Below are positions 19,455 through 29,342 of a stretch of 64,000 nt of DNA, piece after piece. The DNA comes from Longimicrobiales bacterium. Its GTDB lineage: Bacteria; Gemmatimonadota; Gemmatimonadetes; Longimicrobiales; Gaopeijiaceae. The DNA is taken from NCBI GenBank assembly GCA_965203485.1, contig OZ241892.1, forward strand, positions 2,048,001 to 2,112,000, given 5' to 3'. Both the position numbers and the translations under genes were made by a program. Each line of letters begins with the position of its first letter. The stretch's first letter is position 1. A model generated the notes under the pieces. The model was not told the DNA's origin, did no database searches, and was given only the letters and a program-made list of their open reading frames with translations.

Positions 19455-20543
19455 ATGAAGAAGCGTTGCGGTTCCCGCAAGACGGCGATCTTCGTCGCTG
19501 GTTCGGCGCTGGCGTTCGCCGGTTCCGTCCCTGCGACCGCTCAAGACCGGGAGAGCCTGGAAGTCGTCGTGACCGAGGTGTGGAGCACGGCGGGCAACCC
19601 GGGGTTCGGCTTTCCGCGAGGGATGGCGCAGTGGCCTGACGGGACCGTGTGGGTCGGGGACCAGCAGGTGTCGGAGGTTTCCGAGATATCGCCGGACGGG
19701 AGCGGCGTACGCGTCGTGCTTCGCGAGGGCGACGGTCCTCGCGAGGTGAGGCGCGCCACCAGGATCGTGCCGCGCCCTGACGGAGGGATGTTCGTTTGGG
19801 GCGCCAAGCGGGTGGGACTCTTCGGACCCGAGAAGAACTTGGAGAGGTACCGGCCGCCACCCCTCCCGAGCCCGCGGCCCGGAAACATCGCGGCAACCCC
19901 CGACGGCGGCTTGGTCGTGGGAAGCAGCCACGGCCACGACGCGGACCACGAGCTGGCCCGGTTCGCGGTTCATCGCTTCGACAATCGGCTCAGGCACCAG
20001 AAGAGCTGGCACGCGGTCGCCCGTCACAAGGAATGGGATACGACACGATACACGTCGGGCGGCCCGTTGGCCGTAACCCGGGACGGCGGCCTGCTCGTCT
20101 CGGACCACGCGCCGTTTCGCATCACGCGCTACGCCGACCTCGACGGCAACGATCCGCGGGTCGTCGCGGAGGACGAGCGCATCGTCTCTTCGGCGGAGCT
20201 GGACCGGGCCGTCGGTTACGGCCCGGGAGGCGCCAAGAGCTTCGCGAATTGGCGGACTCGGTCGTCGTTCGTGCACGAGCTCGAGGACGGAAACATCCTC
20301 AATGTCGTGTCCTTCTTCCCCAGGAAAGGGACGGAGAAGCGGATCCAGACGATCTGGCTCGTAGTGTCGCCGGACGGCGCCGTCCTGGGACGCGCTTCGG
20401 TCATGCGGCAGATGGAAGTGTGGCGCGCAACCCCCAACGGCGCATTCCTCGCGACTTACTGGGACGGGCCGACGCAACAGCACTTCGCGGCCAAGTTCAC
20501 GGTCGCGATCGCCCCCAAGAAGGAACCGCGCACCGAGAACTGA
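19455..20543 (+). CDS. Secreted beta-propeller (NHL/6-bladed-like) hypothetical protein
   Basis: Signal peptide ending ATA-Q; repeats GMAQWPDGTVWVGD, IAATPDGGLVV, LAVTRDGGLLVSD. Confidence 0.75.
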   Translation: MKKRCGSRKTAIFVAGSALAFAGSVPATAQDRESLEVVVTEVWSTAGNPGFGFPRGMAQWPDGTVWVGDQQVSEVSEISPDGSGVRVVLREGDGPREVRRATRIVPRPDGGMFVWGAKRVGLFGPEKNLERYRPPPLPSPRPGNIAATPDGGLVVGSSHGHDADHELARFAVHRFDNRLRHQKSWHAVARHKEWDTTRYTSGGPLAVTRDGGLLVSDHAPFRITRYADLDGNDPRVVAEDERIVSSAELDRAVGYGPGGAKSFANWRTRSSFVHELEDGNILNVVSFFPRKGTEKRIQTIWLVVSPDGAVLGRASVMRQMEVWRATPNGAFLATYWDGPTQQHFAAKFTVAIAPKKEPRTEN

Positions 20544-20734
20544 CGTCGCGGCCGGCGAACCCCGCGCCGTTCACCATGCCACGCGCGTGGCATGTCGCGC
20601 ACTGCCGAGCACGGGGTGCGGACGACGTGCGGAAACCGACTCCGTTCCTCGCGGCGGATCGCGCGCGCTCGCCCGAACCTTATATTCGTGCGCACGACCA
20701 ACCCCCGCCGGCCCGCCCCTGATCTCGCCCGCGC

Positions 20735-21166
20735 ATGACCGACGCCATCGACCGGACCGATGCGGAGTGGCGCGAGCGCCTCTCGCCCGAGCAGTTCAGG
20801 ATCACGCGCCTCGGAGGCACCGAACGCGCGTTCACGGGCCAACACTGGGACCGCAAGGACGCCGGGACCTACGCGTGCGTCTGCTGCGGACTGCGCCTCT
20901 TCGAGTCCGCCGCCAAGTTCGAGTCGGGAACCGGATGGCCCAGCTTCCACTCGCCCGCGGCGCCGGAGCGCGTCGCCGAGAGGGACGACCGCAAGTTCCT
21001 CGTGCGCCGGACCGAGGCGGCGTGCGCCCGTTGCGGCGCCCACTTGGGACACGTCTTTCCAGACGGACCCCGGCCCACCGGACTGCGCTACTGCATCAAC
21101 TCCGCCGCCCTGGCGTTCGAGTCCGCCACGCCTTGCGAAGGCGCGCCGCCGGACGAGCCGAGATGA
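20735..21166 (+). CDS. msrB: Peptide-methionine (R)-S-oxide reductase
   Basis: [49 protein letters not shown]. Confidence 0.97.
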   Translation: MTDAIDRTDAEWRERLSPEQFRITRLGGTERAFTGQHWDRKDAGTYACVCCGLRLFESAAKFESGTGWPSFHSPAAPERVAERDDRKFLVRRTEAACARCGAHLGHVFPDGPRPTGLRYCINSAALAFESATPCEGAPPDEPR

Positions 21167-22194
21167 CGAGCGCCTCAGGCAGCAAGACGATCACGGTCAT
21201 CGAGGGCGACGGCATCGGCGCCGAGGTCGCGGGCGCCGTTCTGCGCCTGCTGGACGCCGGCGGCGCCGGGCTCGAGTACGACCGCCAGGACGCGGGAGCC
21301 GGGGCCATCCCCTCTCATGGCACGCCCCTGCCGCAGGCCACGCTGGACTCGATCGACACCCACGGCGTGGCGCTCAAGGGCCCGCTGGCCACCCCGGCCG
21401 CGTCCGGCTTCCGATCCGTGAACGTGGCCATTCGCAAGCACTTCGATCTCTACGCCAACGTGCGTCCCGTGCGCACGATCGTCCCCGGCGGCCGCTACGA
21501 GGACATCGACCTCGTCCTCATCCGCGAGAACACCGAGGGCCTCTACGTGGGCGTCGAGCACTTCATCGGCATGGAGGGCGACCCCAAGGCCGCGGCGGAG
21601 TCCGTGATGATCACCACGCGCTTCGGGTCGGAGCGGATCGCGAGGTTCGCGTTCGACTATTGCCTCGCCCACGGGCGCCGGAAGGTGACGCTGGCGCACA
21701 AGGCCAACATCCTCAAGCACACGCAGGGCCTCCTGCTCGAGGCTGCCCGGCGGACGGCAGAGGACTACGCCGGGCGCATCGGCTTCGAGGATCGCATCAT
21801 CGACGCGACCGCCATGTATCTGGTGCTGGACCCGCACCGCTTCGACGTGCTGGTCATGGAGAACATGTTCGGCGACATCCTGAGCGACCTGATGGCGGGC
21901 TTGGTCGGCGGGCTGGGGTTCGCGCCCGCGGCCAACGTCGGCGAGCGCCACGCGGTCTTCGAGGCGGTGCACGGCTCGGCGCCCGACATCGCGGGCCGGG
22001 GCGTGGCCAACCCCACAGGGTTGCTTCTTTCGGCCTGCCTGCTGCTGGACCACGTGGGCCGCGCCGAGGCGGCCGAGCGCATTCGCCGGGCGGTTTGGGA
22101 CGTCGTGCGCGGCGGCGCGGCTCGAACGCGCGACATGGGAGGCGCGGACGGGACGACGGCGTTCACGGACGCGGTGGAGAGGGCGATGAAGTGA
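21163..22194 (+). CDS. Isocitrate/isopropylmalate dehydrogenase family, most like NAD-dependent isocitrate dehydrogenase
   Basis: [58 protein letters not shown]. Confidence 0.9.
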   Translation: MTSASGSKTITVIEGDGIGAEVAGAVLRLLDAGGAGLEYDRQDAGAGAIPSHGTPLPQATLDSIDTHGVALKGPLATPAASGFRSVNVAIRKHFDLYANVRPVRTIVPGGRYEDIDLVLIRENTEGLYVGVEHFIGMEGDPKAAAESVMITTRFGSERIARFAFDYCLAHGRRKVTLAHKANILKHTQGLLLEAARRTAEDYAGRIGFEDRIIDATAMYLVLDPHRFDVLVMENMFGDILSDLMAGLVGGLGFAPAANVGERHAVFEAVHGSAPDIAGRGVANPTGLLLSACLLLDHVGRAEAAERIRRAVWDVVRGGAARTRDMGGADGTTAFTDAVERAMK

Positions 22195-22240
22195 CGGCGC
22201 CACCGCGAGCGTCACGCTGCCGCAAGAAGAGGAGACCGGA

Positions 22241-22672
22241 GTGACCGCGAGTTCCAGGGAGGCGATGCTGGGCCGCCGCCGCGCCGCCGCGCCCGCCGAA
22301 CGCCGCGGGCTCGCCACCGGCCACAACGGCGGCGAGCCCACCGCCGGGGGCGACGGCGCCGGGGCGAGGCGGCCGAGCGACGGACTCGCCTGCGGACAGT
22401 GCAAGCGAAGCCTTCCCGCCGCCGAGTTGGACCGGATGCTCTGGTGCGGTCCCTGCACCGCGGCGGCCAAGGCGACGGCGAGCAGGACGGGATGGCTGGC
22501 GGGGGCCTGCTTGGCCGGGACGCTGGCCCTCTGGATCGTGTTGGTGGCCCAGCCGTCGCGGATCGTCCTCGGCGGCTGGATCGGGGCCGTCCTCGCCACT
22601 TGGTGGCTCGGCGGCCGGATAGGGCGCGAACTTTGCTTCGGCGCCCTTCGCTACCGAGGGCGTCCGCGTTGA
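22241..22672 (+). CDS. Hypothetical membrane protein with CxxC...CxxC motif
   Basis: CGQC...ELDRMLWCGPC followed by two hydrophobic helices; start uncertain. Confidence 0.7.
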   Translation: MTASSREAMLGRRRAAAPAERRGLATGHNGGEPTAGGDGAGARRPSDGLACGQCKRSLPAAELDRMLWCGPCTAAAKATASRTGWLAGACLAGTLALWIVLVAQPSRIVLGGWIGAVLATWWLGGRIGRELCFGALRYRGRPR

Positions 22673-22769
22673 CCCCGGCGCGCGGCGCCGGCCAGTCCCG
22701 GGGACGTGGCCGCCGGGCGCGAACTCGCGAACTCGCCCCGAATCCCTCACTGCCGGAGACTGCTTCGAG

Positions 22770-23954
22770 ATGAGCGCCAAGTTCGAGGGCGTCGACTTCT
22801 ACGACTTGGACGCCCTGCTGTCCGAGGACGAGCGCATGGTGCGCGACGCCGTGCGCGACTGGGTCGAGGACCGGGCGTTGCCGCTCGTTGGCGACGCCTA
22901 CGTGGACCGCCGCTTCCCCAGCGAACTGATCCCGGAGATGGGAGAGTTGGGGATGCTGGGCGCGAACCTGCCCGAAGAGTACGGGTGCGCAGGGCTGGGC
23001 GCCGTCGCCTACGGACTGATAATGCAGGAGCTCGAGCGGGGCGACTCCGGGATTCGCTCCTTCGCGTCGGTCCAGGGCGCGCTGGTCATGTACCCGATCC
23101 ACGCCTTCGGAAGCGAGGACCAGCGGCGGATCTGGCTTCCCAAGCTGGCCACGGGCGAGAAGATCGGGTGCTTCGGCCTCACGGAGCCCGACTACGGCTC
23201 CAATCCGGCAGGCATGATCACCACGGCGCGCGAACTCGAAGGCGGCTGGACGCTGAACGGGACCAAGATGTGGATCACCAACGGGTCCATGGCCGACGTG
23301 GCTGTCGTCTGGGCTCAGACGGGCGAAGCCGGAGACGCGAGCGGCATACGCGGGTTCGTCGTGCCCACGGACACGCCGGGCTTCAGCGCGCGCGACCAGA
23401 AGGGCAAGCTGTCGCTGCTGGCGTCCGACACGAGCGAGCTGGCGCTCGACGACGTGCGGTTGCCGGCGGACGCGATCCTGCCGGACAGCTCGGGTCTGCG
23501 CAGTCCGCTCATGTGCCTCACCCAGGCTCGCTACGGGATCGCTTGGGGCGCGGTGGGGGCCGCGATGGCGTGCTTCCACGAAGCGGCGCGCTACGCGGGC
23601 GAGCGGGTCATGTTCGGCGGCCCGATCGCCGGCAAGCAGATCCAGCAGGTGCGCATCGCCGACATGCTCACGTCGATCACGCAGGGACAGCTCCTCTGCC
23701 TCCGCCTGGGACGCCTGAAGGAAGAGGGACGGATGAGTCCGCAACAGGTCAGCTTGGCCAAGCGGGCCAACGTGGACATGGCATGCGACGTGGCTCGCGA
23801 GGCAAGACGTCTGCTGGGCGCCAACGGCATCCTGGCCGAGTACGCCGCCATGCGGCACATGGCCAACTTGGAATCCGTCTACACGTACGAGGGGACGCAC
23901 GACGTGCACTCTCTGATCCTGGGCCAAGCCGTCACGGGCATCTCTGCGTTCTGA
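22770..23954 (+). CDS. Acyl-CoA dehydrogenase (glutaryl-CoA dehydrogenase-like)
   Basis: ELERGDSGIRSFASVQ, GCFGLTEPDYGSNP, LNGTKMWITNG, NLESVYTYEGT. Confidence 0.93.
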   Translation: MSAKFEGVDFYDLDALLSEDERMVRDAVRDWVEDRALPLVGDAYVDRRFPSELIPEMGELGMLGANLPEEYGCAGLGAVAYGLIMQELERGDSGIRSFASVQGALVMYPIHAFGSEDQRRIWLPKLATGEKIGCFGLTEPDYGSNPAGMITTARELEGGWTLNGTKMWITNGSMADVAVVWAQTGEAGDASGIRGFVVPTDTPGFSARDQKGKLSLLASDTSELALDDVRLPADAILPDSSGLRSPLMCLTQARYGIAWGAVGAAMACFHEAARYAGERVMFGGPIAGKQIQQVRIADMLTSITQGQLLCLRLGRLKEEGRMSPQQVSLAKRANVDMACDVAREARRLLGANGILAEYAAMRHMANLESVYTYEGTHDVHSLILGQAVTGISAF

Positions 23955-24135
23955 GGGAACGGGCGCAGCGCGCGTCCCGGGGCCGACGGCCCGAAGCGGC
24001 ACCACGGCGGCGGCGTTCGCGGGCGGGCAACCACGCCCCCCTTTTTGCCCCCGCGGGCTGTTTCCCGGGCGGCGTTCGATCGTCCGCTCCGGGCCTGCCG
24101 GCGGCTCGACGGCGCCGACAATCGACAGGGGCGCG

Positions 24136-25572
24136 TCAGGCCGCGCTCGCCCGCGCGCTTTCGGCCCGCTGGCGGCGGCCGAGCCACAGCGCAACCAGCA
24201 ACCCCGCGGCCGAAAGGGGCACCATCGCAACGGCCGACGCCGCCATGCCCAGGCCGAGCGTCCCGGCGACGGTGTAGGACCACACGCCGATCTGGTCGCC
24301 CGTGCGGTAAACCAACGTGTCGTTGAAGTTCTTGGCCTTGTAGCGGTCCGGCCGAGGAAGGACCGTGTACAGCACCTCCCTGGCGGGCCGCTGAACGGCG
24401 TACTCGCCGGCCCGTCGCAGGACCTGAAGCACCGCGAACACCAAGAACAGGGGCGCCGCGCCCAGCGTCGCGAATCCCGCCAAGCTCAGCAACGGCACGA
24501 TGGCCAGCGTGAGTCCGACGCCCAATCGCTTGACCAGGCGTCCGGTCAGGAACAGCTGGGTGAAGAGGACGAGGACGTTGACCGCCAAGTCGAGGCTCGC
24601 GAAGACCGCCGTCCGCTGGCTCCGGTCCGGAAAGGCCTGCGACATGATGTCCGCCTGAATGCGGTACAGGAACGTCGATCCGATCGTGAACAGCAGCATG
24701 AACACGCAGATGCCGAGCAGGTACGGCGACCCCGCGACCCGGCGAATCCCGTCCATCGCTCCGCCACCGATGACGGCCGCCGCCCCCCTGGGCCCCGCTT
24801 CGCCCGCGGAGAGAGAGCCCGCCGCGGGCTCGCCGCGGACCGCGTCCGTGTGGCCGGACGGCCCGGTCTCGCCGGCGGCGGCCGACCGGAGCGTGGGCCG
24901 GCTGCCCGGGTCGCCGACGATTCCGCTCCTTCGGTCCAATGCCTTCACGCAGACGACCGCGCATTCCATCAGCGCCAGCGAGAACCACAGCAAGTTGACC
25001 GGAGCGACGGACTGCGCCAGGAACGCGGTCGCCGACGAGCCCAGCACGGCGCCCAGGGTGCCTCCCACGCCGATGAAGCCGAACAGGCGCTTGCTCTGCC
25101 GCTCCTTGAAGATGTCGATCATGAACGACCAGAAGACCGACACGACGAAGAGGTTGAAGATGCTGATCCACACGAAGAAGACCCGCCCCACCCAGATCCC
25201 GGCGCTGTCGGGCAACGCCTTCATCAGCAGGAAGAAGACGGCCAAGTTGGCCATGAAGAATCGGTAGCACACGCCCACGAACCGTCGCCGGGGCCACCGC
25301 GACACGGCCGCGGCAAAGAGAGGATGGGCCAGGAGCATGCCCAGAAACGTGGCCGTGAACAGCCAGGGGATGTTGTCCGCGCCTCCAGCGACGCCCATCT
25401 CGTCGCGGATCGGGCGGATGACGTAGTAGGCCGCCAGGACGCAGAAGAAGTAGGCGCACGACAGCAGAACGGGCCCCGCTTCTTCGGGACGCACGCCGGT
25501 GACGCGGGCCGTGAAGGACCGGAGTCCGCCGGCGCCCCGCTCCCCACTGCCTCGCCAGCCGAGTCCGGTCAT
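24136..25572 (-). CDS. MFS transporter, ATP:ADP antiporter (AAA/TLC, Npt-like) family, paralog 1
   Basis: YYVIRPIRDEMG, WISIFNLFVVSVFWSFM, KRLFGFIGVGGTLG, RPAREVLYTV, YKAKNFNDTLVYRTGD; start uncertain. Confidence 0.85.
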   Translation of the reverse strand: MTGLGWRGSGERGAGGLRSFTARVTGVRPEEAGPVLLSCAYFFCVLAAYYVIRPIRDEMGVAGGADNIPWLFTATFLGMLLAHPLFAAAVSRWPRRRFVGVCYRFFMANLAVFFLLMKALPDSAGIWVGRVFFVWISIFNLFVVSVFWSFMIDIFKERQSKRLFGFIGVGGTLGAVLGSSATAFLAQSVAPVNLLWFSLALMECAVVCVKALDRRSGIVGDPGSRPTLRSAAAGETGPSGHTDAVRGEPAAGSLSAGEAGPRGAAAVIGGGAMDGIRRVAGSPYLLGICVFMLLFTIGSTFLYRIQADIMSQAFPDRSQRTAVFASLDLAVNVLVLFTQLFLTGRLVKRLGVGLTLAIVPLLSLAGFATLGAAPLFLVFAVLQVLRRAGEYAVQRPAREVLYTVLPRPDRYKAKNFNDTLVYRTGDQIGVWSYTVAGTLGLGMAASAVAMVPLSAAGLLVALWLGRRQRAESARASAA

Positions 25573-26143
25573 GTGCGCGGCGCCAGCCAAGACGGCTCCC
25601 CGGCGCGATGGGGCGAGGGCCGAAGCCACCGGCGTCCGGTCATGCGGCCGGGCGGGGAGAGGCCATGTTGCACGCGATCTCCGATCAGGTCATGTCCGCG
25701 AGCCGGAGAGCGCTGGCGAGGCTTGAGCCGTCGAGGCCGTTTCGCCGTTGCGCCGGCGGACGCGCGCGGCGACCGTCCGGCTTCGCCCCGGCGATCTCCG
25801 CACGCGGCGGCGGCGCGCTTGCCGACGATGAAGAATCGTCTTCTCTTGCCCTTCGTTCAATCCCCCGAGCCCGAGCCTCCCAAGACCGCTCTCGTGCGAT
25901 CCCAACTTCGGCGACCGAGGCGGGCGGCGCCCGCCACCGCCCCGCCGGCCCCGTCGCAAGCCGGCGTCCGCGCGGGCCCTCGCGGGTCCGGCCGTCGGCG
26001 TGGCGCCGAATCGCGGGCCGCGCAACCGGCGCGGAGAGTCCTGCGCCGCGACCGTCAGCCGCAGCCGTCGGCATGACGCCCCACTCGCGAAGCGGCCGGC
26101 CGGCGCAGAACGGCGGCAACGGGCTCTCGCGGGAGCCCAGGCG

Positions 26144-27541
26144 ATGAACGGCCTCCTGCCGACCCTGCACCGCGCGCTCAACATGCGGCCGGGCGAGCTG
26201 CGGCTCGCGTCGGCTTCGGCCCTGTTCTTCTTCCTTGTGCTCTGCGGGTACTTCCTAATACGCCCGGTGCGGGAGGCGTTCGGCGTGTCCGGCGGAATGG
26301 ACCAGCTGCTGTGGCTGTTCGGCTGCACGTCGGTTGCGTCGCTCGTCGTGGTCCTGGTCTTTGGCCGGGCGGTGGCGCGCATGAACCGCCGACGCTTCAT
26401 TCCGGCCGCCTACTTGTTCGTGATCGCGTGCCTGCTGGCCTTTGCGGCCCTGCTTTACTGGGACTCCGCCGCTGGAGGCGGGATCGTCGGCTCCGGCGCC
26501 GAGACGGCTCGAGCGCGCTGGATCGCATACACGTTCTACGTCTGGCTGAGCGTGGTGAATCTCTTCATGACGAGCGTGTTCTGGGCGTTCATGGTGGACA
26601 CGTTCGACGCGGACCAAGGCAAGCGGCTGTTCGCCTTCATCGGCGTCGGGGGCACGCTGGGCGCGTTCGTCGGCGGGCTCGCCGCGGGCTGGGCCAGCGC
26701 CTCAGTGAACTCTCCGCACCTGCCGGCCGGATTCATGCTCGCGGCGGCCGCGCTCTTCGGCGCGGCGATCGCTGCGATGCGGACGGTCGACAGGATGGCG
26801 AGGCGCTGCAACCGCAAACCAGGGGGCTCGCCCGGCGCGGACGAACCGGCGACGGCTGCGAGTCCGGCGGCGGTCGGCGGCTCGTTCTGGGAAGGGATCG
26901 GCCAAGTGGTCCGCTCGCCGTACATGCTGGGAATCGGCGCGTGGATCACGCTCATGGCCGTGTCGAACACCCTGCTCTACTTCACTCAAGCCAACATCGT
27001 ACTGGAGAACACCGACGAGCTGAGCCAGCGCATCGCCAGCTTCGCGCAGTTGGACTACGTGAGCCAGCTCGCGGTCCTGCTTTCCCAGCTCTTCGTCACC
27101 ACGCACCTGATACGAAAGCTCGGAATCGGCTGGACGCTCGCGATCCTGCCGGTGCTGACGCTTGGCGGATTCGCGGTGCTGGCGGCGTGGCCCGTGTACG
27201 GCGTCCTGGTCGTCTTCTCGGCGGCCCACCGCGCGGGCCGCCACGCGGTTGCCCGGCCGTCGCGCGAAGCGCTGTTCAGCGTCGTGGCCCCGGACGAGAA
27301 GTACAAGGCGAAGTCCGTTGTGGACGTGTTCCTCTACCGCGCCGGCGACTTGTCGGGCATGGGGCTGACCAAGTTGCTGGCCCTCGCCGGACTGGGCGTC
27401 GCCGGCATGGCCTTCGCCGCGGCCCCCCTGGCCGCGGTGTGGATCATGCTGTCGCTCTCGCTGGGCGCCGCCCGCGCCCGCAAGGCGGCCGCTCCAGCGT
27501 CGGCCGGCCATTCCAACCTCCAGCCCCGAGACGCGCCATGA
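26144..27541 (+). CDS. MFS transporter, ATP:ADP antiporter (AAA/TLC, Npt-like) family, paralog 2
   Basis: YFLIRPVREAFG, WLSVVNLFMTSVFWAFM, KRLFAFIGVGGTLG, RPSREALFSV, YKAKSVVDVFLYRAGD. Confidence 0.85.
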   Translation: MNGLLPTLHRALNMRPGELRLASASALFFFLVLCGYFLIRPVREAFGVSGGMDQLLWLFGCTSVASLVVVLVFGRAVARMNRRRFIPAAYLFVIACLLAFAALLYWDSAAGGGIVGSGAETARARWIAYTFYVWLSVVNLFMTSVFWAFMVDTFDADQGKRLFAFIGVGGTLGAFVGGLAAGWASASVNSPHLPAGFMLAAAALFGAAIAAMRTVDRMARRCNRKPGGSPGADEPATAASPAAVGGSFWEGIGQVVRSPYMLGIGAWITLMAVSNTLLYFTQANIVLENTDELSQRIASFAQLDYVSQLAVLLSQLFVTTHLIRKLGIGWTLAILPVLTLGGFAVLAAWPVYGVLVVFSAAHRAGRHAVARPSREALFSVVAPDEKYKAKSVVDVFLYRAGDLSGMGLTKLLALAGLGVAGMAFAAAPLAAVWIMLSLSLGAARARKAAAPASAGHSNLQPRDAP

Positions 27542-28941
27542 ATACCCAAGCTCGCTCCCCGGCGCACCCCGCCGCGCCATCCTCTTCCACGCCCCTTCTG
27601 CGCCACGCAGTCCTGGCTGGGCTCGCCTTGGCCGGCGCGGCGGCGCCCGTCTCGCCCGTCTCCGCGCGGGAAGCCGCCCAGCACGTGCACGGCGACGGTC
27701 CCGTGGTGCTGCGCGCAGCGAGGATGCTCGACGTGGACGCCGGCGAAGTCCGCGAGGACGCCGTGCTGGTCGTGGAGGGCGGCCTCGTCGCCGCCGTCAA
27801 TCCGGCCCGGACGCCCGCCGGAGCCCACGAAATGGACTTGGGCGACGTCACGCTCCTGCCCGGACTCATCGACGCCCACACGCACTTGGCCGGACAACTC
27901 GGCGAACACAGCTTCACCGACGCCGTGAGGCGCACCGAGTTCGCCGGAGCGTTCAGCGCGGTCAAGTACGGAGGCGTCACGATCCGCGCCGGGTTCACGA
28001 CCGTGCGCGACTTCGGCGGCGACGTCACGGTGGAACTCGCCGAAGCCGTGGAACGAGGCGACGTCGTGGCGCCGCGCATCGTCCCGTCGCGCCACCCGCT
28101 GGGCATCACCGGCGGCCACTGCGACCGGACGGGCTTCGCGCCGGGCATCCTGGAGAGCGGAACCGAGCGCGGCGTCGCCGACGGGCCGTGGGAGGTCGTG
28201 CAGGCCGTCCGCTATCAGATCAAGCACGGCGCTCGGGTGATCAAGACGTGCGCCACCGCGGGCGTGCTTTCGATGGAGGGGCCGGTCGGCGCCCAGCAGT
28301 ACTCGTACGAGGAGCTTGCGGCGATGGTGGACGAGGCGGCCCGCCACGGCGTCAAGGTCGCTGCGCACGCCCACGGCTCGGAGGGCATCTTGGCCGCGGT
28401 CCGGGCGGGCGTTGCCTCGATCGAGCACGGGTCGATGCTCACGGACGAGATCATGGACCTGATGATCGAGAAGGGCACGTACTTGGTGCCGACCACGTAC
28501 TTGGCGGACCGCATCGATCTGGACGTGCTGCCCGCGCTCGTTCGGCGCAAGGCCGAGGAAGTCCTTCCGGCGGCGAGAGAGAGCGTGCGGCGGGCCATCG
28601 CTCGGGGCGTCCCCATCGCGTTCGGCACCGACGCCGGAGTGTTCCCGCACGGCGAGAACGCAGGCGAGCTGGAGGCGTACGTCCGGATGGGCATGAGCGA
28701 GGCCGAGGCGTTGCGCACGGCGACCGTCAACGCGGCGGACCTGCTGGGCACGCCCGACCGCGGCCGCTTGGCCGAAGGAATGCTGGCCGACGTGATCGCC
28801 GTGCCCGGCAACCCGCTCGACGACATCTCCGTGACCCGAGACGCCCGGTTCGTGATGCTCGGCGGCCGAGTGATCAAGCACGTCGTCGGCGGGCGCGACA
28901 TGCACTCGCAGCACCACCCGGAACCGGTCCGGCCGGACTGA
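27538..28941 (+). CDS. Secreted metal-dependent amidohydrolase (Xaa-Pro dipeptidase-like)
   Basis: Signal peptide; PGLIDAHTH, GFTTVRD, IKTCATAG, AAHAHG, IEHG, FGTDAG. Confidence 0.9.
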   Translation: MNTQARSPAHPAAPSSSTPLLRHAVLAGLALAGAAAPVSPVSAREAAQHVHGDGPVVLRAARMLDVDAGEVREDAVLVVEGGLVAAVNPARTPAGAHEMDLGDVTLLPGLIDAHTHLAGQLGEHSFTDAVRRTEFAGAFSAVKYGGVTIRAGFTTVRDFGGDVTVELAEAVERGDVVAPRIVPSRHPLGITGGHCDRTGFAPGILESGTERGVADGPWEVVQAVRYQIKHGARVIKTCATAGVLSMEGPVGAQQYSYEELAAMVDEAARHGVKVAAHAHGSEGILAAVRAGVASIEHGSMLTDEIMDLMIEKGTYLVPTTYLADRIDLDVLPALVRRKAEEVLPAARESVRRAIARGVPIAFGTDAGVFPHGENAGELEAYVRMGMSEAEALRTATVNAADLLGTPDRGRLAEGMLADVIAVPGNPLDDISVTRDARFVMLGGRVIKHVVGGRDMHSQHHPEPVRPD

Positions 28942-29167
28942 ACCCGGGCGGCCGACGCCGCGCGGCGCCTTCTCCGCACCGGCGGCGGCGGACCCGCCGC
29001 TTCGCCCGCCGGACTGGGGCGGGCCCCCGATGCCGCAACGTCTCCGCCCAACTCGCGTGCTGTGGCCCGACGGCCGCATGCCGGATTGGTCGCGCCACCC
29101 GGAACGCCTTCCCGCTCGGCGCTCGTCCGCCTCCGCGTTGCCGCTGCCGGCGCACAACCTTCCAGAG

Positions 29168-29240
29168 AGCTGGCGCGGGGACTCGAACCCCGGACCTGCT
29201 GATTACAAATCAGCTGCTCTGCCAACTGAGCTACGCCAGC
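29168..29240 (-). tRNA. tRNA-Thr(TGT); CCA not encoded
   Basis: GCTGGCGTAGCTCAGTTGGCAGAGCAGCTGATT-TGT-AATCAGCAGGTCCGGGGTTCGAGTCCCCGCGCCAGCT. Confidence 0.96.
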
Positions 29241-29342
29241 GCCGCAACAAGCAAATCTGTCGCCCTCCGCACTCTCTCGGTAGTGCCGCAGACGGCCGAC
29301 GCGCGAGCACGCGGGACGGCGGGGGCGTGGAGCGTGGCCCCC

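Noticed and set aside
28942..29167. Integrated element at tRNA-Thr
   Set aside because: No integrase and no duplicated tRNA 3' end seen in the window
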